A stretch of DNA of 64,000 nucleotides from IMG/VR virus record IMGVR_UViG_3300046665_000589, positions 29,508 through 93,507 of that record; one strand, given 5' to 3'. The stretch is from a virus. The first letter of the stretch is position 1. Every line of letters begins with the position of its first letter. The notes under the pieces were generated by a model. The model was not told where the DNA came from and made no database searches. It saw nothing but the letters and a program-made list of their open reading frames with translations. This document shows, piece by piece, positions 49,188 to 58,936 of the stretch. The position numbers were made by a program, and so were the translations under genes.

Positions 49188-50030
49188 ATGTTCAAAAGTA
49201 CAACGATCATCGGCTGCAGCCCGAAGGCTACGTTCAGCGCCATCCCTGCCGACCAGGAATTCATGCCGCCGCTCGATCTCGAGGCCCAGCGCGGCGGCTG
49301 GTCGCCGGTGCGCGACGACGAGTACGTCTACATCAACAACGGCCAGATCCTGCTCCACTACACGATCGAGAAGAAGCACGTGCCGGCCGGCGCCGTGAAG
49401 CTGGTGGCCGCGGCCAAGCAGGCCGAGCAGGCAGAGCAGCAGGGCTTCCCGATGGGCAAGAAGGCGAAGAAGGAGCTGATCGAGCGGGTGCGCGACGAGC
49501 TGCTGCCGCGGGCGCTGTCTTCGCGCAGCACGACGAAAGTCTGGATCGACCCCAAGGCAGGACGCATCGTGATCGACTCGTGCGCCAACTCGGTGGTCGA
49601 ATCGGTCCAGCGCGCGCTGATCAAGACCTTCGGCAACATCGGCCTGCAGGACGTGGCCTGGCCGCGCGCCAAGGTGATGACCGAGTGGATGGCCGAGCGC
49701 CCGATTGGCTTTTCGCTGGATGACCAGGTGCACCTGCAGTACCCGGGCGAGCGGGGCAAGGTGGTGAAATTCGCCAACGCTGATGTCACCGGCGGCGATG
49801 TCTGGACCCACGTGAAGGCTGGCGCCTACGTGCAGTCGCTGGCCATGACCTACGACTCGCGCATCTCGTTCGTCATGACCGACGGCGCCCAGCTGCGCCG
49901 CATTAAGGCGCTCGACATCCTGAAGGAGACCGCCGACGCGGCCAAGGACGTCGACCGCTTCGACAACGACTTCGTGCTGATGACGGGCGAGCTGACCCGC
50001 CTGTTCGACGCGCTGGCGGCGGAGGCGTGA
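49188..50030 (+). CDS. rdgC: Recombination-associated protein RdgC
   Basis: GWSP, EKKHVPA, KKAKKELIERVRDELLPRA, FDNDFVLMTGEL. Confidence 0.9.
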   Translation: MFKSTTIIGCSPKATFSAIPADQEFMPPLDLEAQRGGWSPVRDDEYVYINNGQILLHYTIEKKHVPAGAVKLVAAAKQAEQAEQQGFPMGKKAKKELIERVRDELLPRALSSRSTTKVWIDPKAGRIVIDSCANSVVESVQRALIKTFGNIGLQDVAWPRAKVMTEWMAERPIGFSLDDQVHLQYPGERGKVVKFANADVTGGDVWTHVKAGAYVQSLAMTYDSRISFVMTDGAQLRRIKALDILKETADAAKDVDRFDNDFVLMTGELTRLFDALAAEA

Positions 50031-50371
50031 TGGAAGGCACCAACAACCTCATCGGCCGGCTGCGTAACGGGCATGGCCTGACCTTCGACGAAATGCGCGC
50101 GGTACGCCTTGCCGCGGCGGAGCAGCTGGAAGCGTACCAGCAGGCGCTGCAAAGCCTGCGCGAATACGCCCAAGCGCAGGGCATCGACACGGCCTCCCAT
50201 CCGATGGGCAAGCCGTTGCCGGAGGTGCGCGCCGAGCTGCTCAAGCGCGTCGACGGTCTGGCAAAGTTCGCCTACACCTACTGGACCGAGTGCGACGTCG
50301 GCCCGGAGCGCACCTGGGGCGCCAACCTGTACGAGATCATCCGTACGGCACCGCGCGAGGCGCGCGAATGA
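50027..50371 (+). CDS. Hypothetical protein
   Basis: Coupled to rdgC and the methyltransferase. Confidence 0.6.
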   Translation: MMEGTNNLIGRLRNGHGLTFDEMRAVRLAAAEQLEAYQQALQSLREYAQAQGIDTASHPMGKPLPEVRAELLKRVDGLAKFAYTYWTECDVGPERTWGANLYEIIRTAPREARE

Positions 50372-51288
50372 GGGCCGTCGACCTGTTTGCCGGCGCCGGC
50401 GGCTTCTCGACCGGCGCCAAGATGGCCGGCTGCGAAGTGGTGTGGGCAGCCAACCACTGGCCTACCGCGGTGGAAGTCCATGCGAAGAACCACCCCGACA
50501 CGCTGCACGCCTGTCAGGACCTGCACCAGGCGAACTGGGCGGAGGTGCCGGATCACGACCTGCTGCTGGCCTCGCCCTGCTGCCAGGGGCACTCGAAGGC
50601 ACGCGGCAAGGCTTCAGGCAATCCGCAGCACGACGCCAGCCGCTCGACGGCCTGGGCGCCGGTGGCTGCGCTGGAGGTGCACCGCCCCAAGGTCGCGTTG
50701 ATCGAGAACGTGCCCGAGTTTCTCGAGTGGGCGCTGTACCCGGCCTGGAAGATGGCGGTCGAGGCGCTGGGCTACAGCGTGGGCGTGCACGTGGAGGACA
50801 CCGCCGACCACGGCGTGCCACAGAACCGCGAGCGCATGATCCTGGTGCTGACCAAAAGCCGCGCGCCGATCCAGCTGCGGCTGGAGAAGGAAGAGCACAT
50901 CCCGGCGTCGACCTTCGTCGACTTCGATGGCGGCAGCTGGACGCCGGTCAATAAGCCGGGCCGGGCCCAGGCGACGCTGGAGCGTATCGCCGCCGGCCGC
51001 CGCCAGTTTGGCGAGCGCTTCATCATGCCGTATTACGGCAGCGGCTCCGGCCTGACCGGCCGCAGCCTGGACCGTCCGGTGGGCACGATCACCACCAAGA
51101 ACCGCTGGGGCGTGGTGGACGGCGGCCGCATGCGCATGTTCACCGCGGCCGAGAGCCGCGCCGCGATGAGCTTCCCGGACGATTACATCCTGACCGGCGG
51201 CGTCACGCTCGACACCCACCTGCTCGGCAACGCCGTCCCTCCCAAATTCGCTCAGAAGGTGATCAACGCCTTGCGCGCCCAGCACTGA
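50368..51288 (+). CDS. C5 cytosine DNA methyltransferase (orphan)
   Basis: DLFAGAGG (I), SPCCQ (IV), ENV (VI), QNRER (VIII), GNAV (X). Confidence 0.92.
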   Translation: MRAVDLFAGAGGFSTGAKMAGCEVVWAANHWPTAVEVHAKNHPDTLHACQDLHQANWAEVPDHDLLLASPCCQGHSKARGKASGNPQHDASRSTAWAPVAALEVHRPKVALIENVPEFLEWALYPAWKMAVEALGYSVGVHVEDTADHGVPQNRERMILVLTKSRAPIQLRLEKEEHIPASTFVDFDGGSWTPVNKPGRAQATLERIAAGRRQFGERFIMPYYGSGSGLTGRSLDRPVGTITTKNRWGVVDGGRMRMFTAAESRAAMSFPDDYILTGGVTLDTHLLGNAVPPKFAQKVINALRAQH

Positions 51289-51298
51289 AAGGAACTGA

Positions 51299-52117
51299 AT
51301 GAAGACCTACGTCAACAAGAACTGCCCGTGGGAATACTTCGAGCAACCGCCGCTGAACACCAAGATACTGCTGCTGACCAAGGACAATCAGTGCGTGGTC
51401 GGCGTGTTCAAGGGTGAGCCGCTGCCGGACAACCGCACCTACAAGGCTTGGCAAGGCCTGCCTGACCGGTGCCAGGCGTTCGAGCGCCATTTGGGGTACC
51501 TGTGATGATTGCCGATCCCGATCTGGCCAAGGTGCGCGCGTTGTGTAGCCGCCTCGAGCAGCCGTTTTGGATGCCCGACCCGGACAAGTGGGTGTGGCTG
51601 CAGCCGGACGGCCGGCCGCAGGGCCCCGGCCTGGTCAGCTACGCTAGCCCCGGGCTGACCAACCTGCTGTGGCTGGCACTGGACCTGCCGGCGCCGCCGC
51701 CGGTATTCCAGATGACGGACAACCTGCTGGCCGGGCTGGTACTGCTGCTGGCTGGCTCGTCCCGGCTGGTAGGCCAGCCGCTGCTGGACATGGCGGCGCT
51801 GCACCCGCTCGACGAATTCGCGGCGCTGCTGCCGGAGGCGCGCGCGCCGGGGAGCAACTCGCTGGAGGGTGCGTACCAGGTGCTGCGACTGCTTGCGCTG
51901 CGGAGGCTGCGACATGGTTGAGACGATGACGATCTACAAGGCCTCCGCCGTCGGTCTGTCAACGGTGCTGCCGAACGTCGTGATGGCGAAGGCCTGCCAG
52001 CTGGGCATGCACCGCATGCACTTCGCCTGGCTGGAGTACCTGCTGGCTAACAGAGGGCCGCAGCTGTGTCTGCCGGCGCGCGCCGTGCGCTTCGCACTGG
52101 AGCACTGGCATGCGTAG
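51299..52117 (+). other. Hypothetical CDSs 51299-51505, ~51502-51921 and 51914-52117
   Basis: Coupled ORFs. Confidence 0.55.
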
Positions 52118-53537
52118 CCTCGACGAAGTCCTGGCCGCCCACCCGCTGCCGCATCCGCTGGGCGGCACCATGACGCTTGATCCGATGCAGGTCGAGGACA
52201 TCCTGCAGGCGGTCGAGTGGCGCCGCGCGCTGCTCGACCTGCCGGTCGGCTACGGCAAGACGGTGATCCTGACCTGCATCGCGCTGATGCTGCAGCCCGA
52301 CCTGACGATCGTGCTGGTGCCGCCGATCCTGATTCCGCAGTGGGTCGCCTGGCTCAACAGCATCCCGGGTGCCGGCCTCGCGCTGGCGTACGCCGGTAGC
52401 CCGAAGCAGCGCAAGGCCTTGCCGGTGTTCGAGGCCGACTGGCTGGTGATGAGCTACCAGGTGTTTAACAACGATATCGGCACGCTGCGCAAGCTGTGCG
52501 CCAATGCCGAGGTGCTGTTGGAGGTGGACGAGGCGCAGAACCTGAAGGGCCGCGGCGTCCTGTTCAAGAACGTGCGCGACTTCGCGATGGGGCGCCCGCT
52601 GATGCAGGCCTCCGGCACCACGATGAGCAAGGTGGGCGACGCCTACGCCTACATCAAGCTCAACACGCCGGAGGTGTACGGCACCTACTACCAGTTCGAG
52701 AATATCCACGTCAAGGAGCGCGACTTCTTCAAGCAGCCGATCGAGTGGCACAATCTCGACCTGCTGCAGCAGAACTTCAGCCTGCGCCGGATCCACCGCA
52801 CCAAGGAAGAGGTGCACGCGGCGCTGCCCAAGGCCAACGTGATCCCGATCTACTACGACCTGGACAAGGAGCACATGGCGCTGTATCGGCGGCTGATGGA
52901 AGAGCAGCTGCTGCTGCTGGACGACGGCGGCAAGATCGACGCCACCACCGCCACCCGACTGTACCATGCGGCGCAGCAGATCGTGATCGACTACGGCTAC
53001 TTCGCCGGGGACCCGGACAAGCGTTCGGCGATTTTTGACCTGGTCGACGGCGTGGCCGACGAGATCGGCCTGGGCGAGGACAGTGACGAGCCGCGCAGCA
53101 AGCTGATTCTGTGGACCACCCATCGCAGCGTGTCGCGCCTGATCCACACCCACATGGAGACCCGGCTTGCCAAGGTCGGTCGGCGCGCGGTGGCGGCGTT
53201 CTCGGAAGTCGACTCGAACAAGTCGATCAAGGCCTTCATGGAAGATCCGTTGACGGTCGAGCTGACCGCCCAGCCCGGGTCGGGCGGCGCCGGCCGGAAC
53301 CCGCAGTACCTGTGCTGGGAGTGCGGCTATATCCAGATCCCGACCACCACGATCCCGTTCGTGCAGTCGTCGGGCCGGATTGATCGCAAGGGGCAGCGCT
53401 ACAACCCAAACATCCGGCTGTTCATCGCGCGCGGCACGATCCAGGAGCAGCTGCTGCGCAACCTGCTCAGCAATGACGAACTCGTGCGGAAAGCCTCCGG
53501 ATCGAGACAAGGCATCAAGGACTTGATTTTCCCGTAG
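52110..53537 (+). CDS. SF2/SNF2-like helicase
   Basis: GYGKT, DEAQ, SGT, QSSGRIDRKGQ. Confidence 0.85.
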   Translation: MRSLDEVLAAHPLPHPLGGTMTLDPMQVEDILQAVEWRRALLDLPVGYGKTVILTCIALMLQPDLTIVLVPPILIPQWVAWLNSIPGAGLALAYAGSPKQRKALPVFEADWLVMSYQVFNNDIGTLRKLCANAEVLLEVDEAQNLKGRGVLFKNVRDFAMGRPLMQASGTTMSKVGDAYAYIKLNTPEVYGTYYQFENIHVKERDFFKQPIEWHNLDLLQQNFSLRRIHRTKEEVHAALPKANVIPIYYDLDKEHMALYRRLMEEQLLLLDDGGKIDATTATRLYHAAQQIVIDYGYFAGDPDKRSAIFDLVDGVADEIGLGEDSDEPRSKLILWTTHRSVSRLIHTHMETRLAKVGRRAVAAFSEVDSNKSIKAFMEDPLTVELTAQPGSGGAGRNPQYLCWECGYIQIPTTTIPFVQSSGRIDRKGQRYNPNIRLFIARGTIQEQLLRNLLSNDELVRKASGSRQGIKDLIFP

Positions 53538-53591
53538 GAATCGGAGGTAGAATCATTGCCTCCGGTCAGTATCCTTTAAGAAAGATAACAA

Positions 53592-54080
53592 ATGAATAAC
53601 GAAGCGCCCGACGCCCTGGTGTCGCTCCAGCGGCTGTGGAACGACCACCGGATGAGTCATTCGATCAATTGGAACCTGTTCCAGTCGTACCACCTGATGT
53701 TCGTCGAGGAGGGCACCGAGCTGGTGGTCTGGAATCACATGCCCAATGGTCCCCAGGTAGTGCAGGTGGCCAAGGTAACCAAGGTCGGCCTGTCGTTCCA
53801 TTCAGGGTTGCTTATCGGCCTGACTGATGCCGCTGGCGCCTACTACACCGTCAAGGCCTACCCGCGCGAGGCGCTGCCCGGCGTGTTCCTGTGGACCCCG
53901 GCGTTTTCCGACGTGCGCTTCGCGCCGCGCAAGTTCGCCGACCCGGACTCGCCGCGCGTGCTATCGCTGGCCCTGTGCGCCAAGATGCGCTCGCGCTTCG
54001 ACCGCCCGGTCGAGGGCCACCGCTACGTCTCGACAATGAAAGAATTCCGCGCCGTCTGGCCAACCACACCCATCCTGTAA
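53592..54080 (+). CDS. Hypothetical protein
   Basis: 162 aa between helicase and primase. Confidence 0.6.
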   Translation: MNNEAPDALVSLQRLWNDHRMSHSINWNLFQSYHLMFVEEGTELVVWNHMPNGPQVVQVAKVTKVGLSFHSGLLIGLTDAAGAYYTVKAYPREALPGVFLWTPAFSDVRFAPRKFADPDSPRVLSLALCAKMRSRFDRPVEGHRYVSTMKEFRAVWPTTPIL

Positions 54081-54088
54081 AGGCCCTC

Positions 54089-57037
54089 ATGTTCCATTAC
54101 TACCAAATTGCCGGCGGTGAAGAACAGTGGGAGCCGGTACCGGCCGGGCACCTGGACAAGATCCGCGCGCTGCAGCCGATGTTCGTCACCGTGCTGGCGG
54201 TATCGAAGCTGGTGGCCGACCTGTCGCACGAGGAGAAGCTCAAACTAGCCTACGCCGGTCCGTTCTACGTCGACTGGGACTCGAAAGACGAAGTGCTGGT
54301 GATCGAGAAGGTCAACGCCTTCCTCGACAAGCTGGTCGACCTGGGCGTGGACCTGGAGATGTGCCGCCTGTACGCCACCGGCGGGCGCGGCTATCACCTC
54401 GAGGTGCCTCAGGATCTGTTTATGGACAAGATCCCGAAGAATGGTTACATCGGGCTGCCTGCGGTGTATCGCGAGATGGCGCTCAAGTTGTGCGTCGACA
54501 CGCTCGACTTGACCGTCTATTCGTCTGGGCGCGGCCGCATGTGGCGCCAGCCCAACGTCAAGCGCACCAACGGCCGCTACAAGGTGCCGGTCACAGTGCA
54601 GGAAATGCGCGAGATGACGCCCGAGCTGAATCAGGCACTGACCAGCGCGCCACGCGACCCGCTGCCGGTGCGTTCGCCCGAGCTGTGTGTCAAGCTGTCG
54701 GTCGAGTTCTCGGCTTGCGCCCAGAAGGTCGAGGAGCTGCTCAAGAAGCGCGCCAAGTTCAAGCCCGATCCGGCGCTGCGTGAGAAGGCCACCAGCCACT
54801 CGATCCTGTACGCGATGGCCGGCATCGGCATCAAGCCGGGCGTCGGCTTTCACCAGCTGGCGCTGCAGCTGGCCAGCGCCGCGGTCACCGCCGGCTGGAC
54901 CGAGGAGCGCCTGGTCGAGGAGTGCGAGGGCCTGATCAACAACCACCAGAGCGACGGCGACCGCTACAACTCCCCAGCCAAGCGACGCGAGGAGCTGGCG
55001 CGGATGCACCGCTACGTCTCCGGCAACATCTGCTACGAGTTTTCGATCGGCGCGATCAAGGTGCTGCTCGACCACCCGGCCGTTGACCTGGACGGCATCG
55101 CCGCCTCCAAGGAAGAGGTGCAGGAGGTGATCACCGAGTCGGCCGCGCAGCGCGAGATGGAGGTCACCGGCGAGGTGCAGCAGGACGAATACCACGACGT
55201 CGCCCGCGGCATCACCCTGAACAAGCACGGCGTCTACATGGACACCGAGTTCGGCAAAAAGCGGATTTGCTCGGTGTCCTTCGCCAACGCCCGCGTGCTG
55301 ATGTCGTGCAGCGACAGCCAGATCATCGGCTACGACAGCGACATCCTCGTCAATGGCGCCCGCATCGGCAACCAGACCCTGGAGCTGGACGTGTTCTCGG
55401 GCCTGGTGCCGTTCAATCGCTTCGCCAGTAAATACGGGCACGCCTTCCAAGGCTCCGACGCCCAGGTAAGGACAGTCATGATGCGTTTTGTTGAGCAGTC
55501 GAAAAAGAACCGCAAGGTCAGTTACGTCGTCACCCGCGAAGGGCTCGACATCATCCAGATCGGTGGCCATCCGCAGGAACGGCTGCAGCTGCCGTTCATG
55601 GTGTGGGCCGACAACAACGGCGTCATGCTCGAGCCGGAGGCGGCCGCCACCGAGGTCACCCTGAAGTTCGCCGGCTTTCCGGATCCGCGCGGCGTGTTCC
55701 GCTCGGACATCGCCAAGGCGCCGCAGCTGGCCACCTGGCTGCAGGTGCCCGGCAACAAGCCCCTGCTGCGCGAAACCTTGCATAACATGTTGACCTGTCA
55801 GCGCCCCGAGGTCTTGGGCAAGCTGATCGGCTGGTACACGGCCTGCTTCTGGAAACAACTGTTCCAGAAAATGTACGGCAAGTTCCCGCTGCTGCACGTG
55901 AACGGCCCGGCCGGCTTGGGCAAGACCGAGCTCAACATCGCGCTGGCCTCGCTGTTCTTCTACCAGAACGAGGCCCGGCCCCTGAGCCCGGGATCGACCA
56001 ACTTCGCGATCGTGCAGCACCTGACCGCCTCGTCCTCGATTCCGCTGATCCTGGACGAATACAAGCCGCACGAGATGCGCAAGGAGCGCCACGACTCGCT
56101 CAAAGCCCTGTTCCGCGACGCCTACAACCAGCGCGACGTGGTGCGCGGCGGCGGCTCGCGCGACTCGGACGACTACCGTTCGCTGCAGTTCACCCAGCTG
56201 GCCGCGCCGCTGGCCTTCATCGCCGAGGCAGCCGAGGAGGAGGCGGCGGTGATGGAGCGCGTGGTGCTGGTCACGCTGGCCCGCCCGCCGCAGTCGCAGG
56301 GCGTCAAGAACTACGCGCGCTTCCAGGCCTTCCAGCGCCATCACCAGCTGCTCGGCATCCTCGGCCAGTACCTGGCCGGCGAGGTGCTCAACGAGACCAC
56401 CTTCGACAGCTTCGTGACCGACTTCGACGAGGTCTATAACGCTGCGCGCAAGCGCTTCATGCTCTCCGAAGAGAACCTTGCGGCTGGCCTGAGCGACGAG
56501 GAGCTGCTCGAGCGCCAGAACACCAAGGAGCGTCCGGTGTTCAACCACGCGGTAGCGATGTACGGGTTCCGCCAGTTCAGGAAGCTGGTGACCGCTGCGC
56601 TGGGTGCCGACGCCGAGCTGGATGATCTGATGACCGAGATGGAAGACGGCGTCTATGCTCGCCTGGCCGACCTGCACGCGGCTACCACGCCGGAATACGT
56701 CAAGGTGCTGCGTGAGATCGCGGCGATGAGCTACACGGTCGACAGCGAGCGCCCCGAGGCGATCCGGCGCGGCACCGAGTACGGTCTGGTGCATCTGGGC
56801 GCGCGCTCGTGCATCGAGATCGCGGTGCGCACCGCCTACACCCACTATCGGATGTACTGCCGCGGCGCGCAGATCAACCCGCTGTTCGGCGGCGCCGAGG
56901 CGTTCGCCCACGCGATCCAGGACAGCCCGGCCTTCATCAAGAAGGGCACCGGCGAGGTGCTGAAGATGCCGGGCGTGTACACCTTCGACGTGGAAGAACT
57001 GGCACGCCTGGGCGTTGACTTGTTTAAAAGTAATTGA
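54089..57037 (+). CDS. AEP primase-polymerase fused to a P-loop helicase
   Basis: YVDWD and TGGRGYH AEP motifs, RMWRQPN; GPAGLGKT Walker A, LILDE Walker B. Confidence 0.85.
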   Translation: MFHYYQIAGGEEQWEPVPAGHLDKIRALQPMFVTVLAVSKLVADLSHEEKLKLAYAGPFYVDWDSKDEVLVIEKVNAFLDKLVDLGVDLEMCRLYATGGRGYHLEVPQDLFMDKIPKNGYIGLPAVYREMALKLCVDTLDLTVYSSGRGRMWRQPNVKRTNGRYKVPVTVQEMREMTPELNQALTSAPRDPLPVRSPELCVKLSVEFSACAQKVEELLKKRAKFKPDPALREKATSHSILYAMAGIGIKPGVGFHQLALQLASAAVTAGWTEERLVEECEGLINNHQSDGDRYNSPAKRREELARMHRYVSGNICYEFSIGAIKVLLDHPAVDLDGIAASKEEVQEVITESAAQREMEVTGEVQQDEYHDVARGITLNKHGVYMDTEFGKKRICSVSFANARVLMSCSDSQIIGYDSDILVNGARIGNQTLELDVFSGLVPFNRFASKYGHAFQGSDAQVRTVMMRFVEQSKKNRKVSYVVTREGLDIIQIGGHPQERLQLPFMVWADNNGVMLEPEAAATEVTLKFAGFPDPRGVFRSDIAKAPQLATWLQVPGNKPLLRETLHNMLTCQRPEVLGKLIGWYTACFWKQLFQKMYGKFPLLHVNGPAGLGKTELNIALASLFFYQNEARPLSPGSTNFAIVQHLTASSSIPLILDEYKPHEMRKERHDSLKALFRDAYNQRDVVRGGGSRDSDDYRSLQFTQLAAPLAFIAEAAEEEAAVMERVVLVTLARPPQSQGVKNYARFQAFQRHHQLLGILGQYLAGEVLNETTFDSFVTDFDEVYNAARKRFMLSEENLAAGLSDEELLERQNTKERPVFNHAVAMYGFRQFRKLVTAALGADAELDDLMTEMEDGVYARLADLHAATTPEYVKVLREIAAMSYTVDSERPEAIRRGTEYGLVHLGARSCIEIAVRTAYTHYRMYCRGAQINPLFGGAEAFAHAIQDSPAFIKKGTGEVLKMPGVYTFDVEELARLGVDLFKSN

Positions 57038-57049
57038 TAAGGAGGCCAC

Positions 57050-57244
57050 ATGACCTACCTGCTGATTTTCGTGTTCATGAGCGACCCTGAGATAAGGGCG
57101 CCTCTCTCCACAGGCGTTGCGGAGTTCAACGGCCTGGAAGCATGCCTGAGCGCGGCGAAGGAGATTCGCCGTCAGGCGACTGCCACCTCCAGCGCGCTGC
57201 CGCTGGTGTTGTGCGCCGCCAAGGGCATGCCTAAAAGTAATTGA
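57050..57244 (+). CDS. Small inserted hypothetical protein flanked by 13-bp direct repeats
   Basis: TAAAAGTAATTGA at 57025-57037 and 57232-57244. Confidence 0.65.
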   Translation: MTYLLIFVFMSDPEIRAPLSTGVAEFNGLEACLSAAKEIRRQATATSSALPLVLCAAKGMPKSN

Positions 57245-57269
57245 CACTGATCAAGAAGTTTGACATACT
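57241..57269 (+). promoter_or_regulatory. Strong sigma70 promoter TTGACA-N17-CATACT
   Basis: Near consensus, extended TG, CAAGAAGTTTG spacer. Confidence 0.75.
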
Positions 57270-57275
57270 GAGTTC

Positions 57276-57311
57276 TCCCTAAGACCGGACAGGGAACAGA
57301 AAGTTCCGGTC
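57276..57311 (+). promoter_or_regulatory. 5'-leader H-type pseudoknot
   Basis: S1 TCCCT/AGGGA; S2 GACCGGA/TCCGGTC. Confidence 0.6.
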
Positions 57312-57349
57312 AAAACGATGACGATGACTTTAACTTAAAGGAAAACAAC

Positions 57350-58138
57350 ATGGCACTGAATAAACAAACCCCTGCTGCTACGACCTTCGAGGATCCGGAC
57401 AGCGACGACGTCGCCGTCGAAACCCGCCAGCCGGCGTCGGCACAGGAGCGCCTCGCTGCCGCTGCTGCCGAGCGTGCTGCAGCCTCTGCATCCCAGCAGG
57501 AATCGACCCAGACCGCAGTGGCGGCCAAGCCGGCCGGTGCCGTGGCCGTTCACCGCAAGATGGAAGACCCGTTCAAGCAGCTCGAGAACGCCTTCCCGGT
57601 CGAATGGGACACGCTGCGCAACTTGGTCATTACCCAGGGCAACGTGGTCGACAAGGACACCGACAAGCCGCTCGGCGACGAGATCGGCCTGGAGCTGCTG
57701 TCGTTCCAGAAGCAGTGGGTGGTTTCGCCTGGTGTCGATGGCGAGGCGGCCAAGGAGCACGTGCGCTACTCGGACGACGGCCAGATCACGACCAAGGGCG
57801 ACGATGTGCGCGATTACCTGCAGCACCTGAAGAACACCGGCTACCCGAAGGCCAACCTGTCCGAACGCCTGGTGATCGTCGGCTCGGTGTTCGACATCGG
57901 TGTCAAGGGCCGGAAGGACCTGAAGGACCTGCAGGACGCGCTGGTGCAGATCAACCTGCCGCCGACCTCGAAGGCGACCTTCTCGCGTTACCGCATGGAC
58001 CAGGCCTACCAGATTGGCAAGGGGCTGGCAAATGCCGATGGCGCCGACCGCATCCGCATCAACTGCAACCTGAAGAAGAACGGCGACAACACCTACACGC
58101 TGGCCAACTTCAGCCGCTACGACGCCGCCGCCGCGTAA
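57350..58138 (+). CDS. Putative single-stranded DNA-binding protein
   Basis: Own strong promoter and terminator within the replication module; beta-rich core; QINLPPTS motif. Function inferred from context. Confidence 0.5.
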   Translation: MALNKQTPAATTFEDPDSDDVAVETRQPASAQERLAAAAAERAAASASQQESTQTAVAAKPAGAVAVHRKMEDPFKQLENAFPVEWDTLRNLVITQGNVVDKDTDKPLGDEIGLELLSFQKQWVVSPGVDGEAAKEHVRYSDDGQITTKGDDVRDYLQHLKNTGYPKANLSERLVIVGSVFDIGVKGRKDLKDLQDALVQINLPPTSKATFSRYRMDQAYQIGKGLANADGADRIRINCNLKKNGDNTYTLANFSRYDAAAA

Positions 58139-58156
58139 TCCCTCCCTGCGCAGTAC

Positions 58157-58181
58157 AGAGCGACCTTCGGGTCGCTCTTTT
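58157..58181 (+). terminator. Intrinsic terminator
   Basis: AGAGCGACC-TTCG-GGTCGCTCT-TTT. Confidence 0.85.
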
Positions 58182-58196
58182 CATGGAACCTACCAC

Positions 58197-58898
58197 ATGG
58201 ACCAACAAGTACAAGAAGCCGAGCGCCCGATCGCCTGGGTGATCGCCGACACCGAGACCACCGGACTGACCGGCCCGGCCTGCGAGATCGCGCTGCACGA
58301 GATTTGCCCGGACACGCTGGACATGATCTGGGAGATCGACTCGCTGATCGACCCGGAGTGCGAGATCGAACCGGGCGCCGCTGCCATCCACGGCATCACC
58401 GACAAGATGGTGGCCGACGAGCCGACGATGGCCGAATTCGTCGAATACCGCCTGGGCGACCGCTTCGCCGGCCGCGACATCGTGCTGATCTGCCACAACG
58501 CCGTGTTCGACGTCAAGCGGCTGCACGCGATCGGCGACATCACGGCCTCGATCTGCACGCTGTTCCACGCGCGCCAGCTGATCCCCGAGGCGCCGAACCA
58601 CAAGCTGCAGACCTTGCGCGAGCACTTCGGCTTCCCGGTCAACGAGGCACACCGCGCGCTGGCCGACGTCTACACCACCAAGCGCCTGCTGCGCGAGATC
58701 CTCGGCCGCACCCACCGCGGCTTGCGCGAGTTCCTGGCGACGATGGACACCACGGTCCACAGAATGCCGTGGGGCAAGCACAAGGGTACGCTGCTGCACC
58801 AGGTGCCGCGCGACTACCTGTTGTGGCTGAAGAAGGAATGCAAGGACCTCGAGCCGAACCTGCTGAAGTCGGTCGAGAAGGCGCTGAAGGTCAAATAA
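58197..58898 (+). CDS. DEDDh 3'-5' exonuclease (ExoX-like)
   Basis: DTETTG, HNAVFD, HRALAD; C-terminal MPWGKHKG. Confidence 0.9.
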   Translation: MDQQVQEAERPIAWVIADTETTGLTGPACEIALHEICPDTLDMIWEIDSLIDPECEIEPGAAAIHGITDKMVADEPTMAEFVEYRLGDRFAGRDIVLICHNAVFDVKRLHAIGDITASICTLFHARQLIPEAPNHKLQTLREHFGFPVNEAHRALADVYTTKRLLREILGRTHRGLREFLATMDTTVHRMPWGKHKGTLLHQVPRDYLLWLKKECKDLEPNLLKSVEKALKVK

Positions 58899-58936
58899 CA
58901 ACCACAACCACAACAACCACAACCAAGAGGAACAGC

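Noticed and set aside
54245-57247. Long antisense ORFs (also 46068-48446, 61964-63883, 6576-8171, 52047-53510, 3783-5189)
   Set aside because: Shadow frames of GC3-rich real genes; no motifs or RBS
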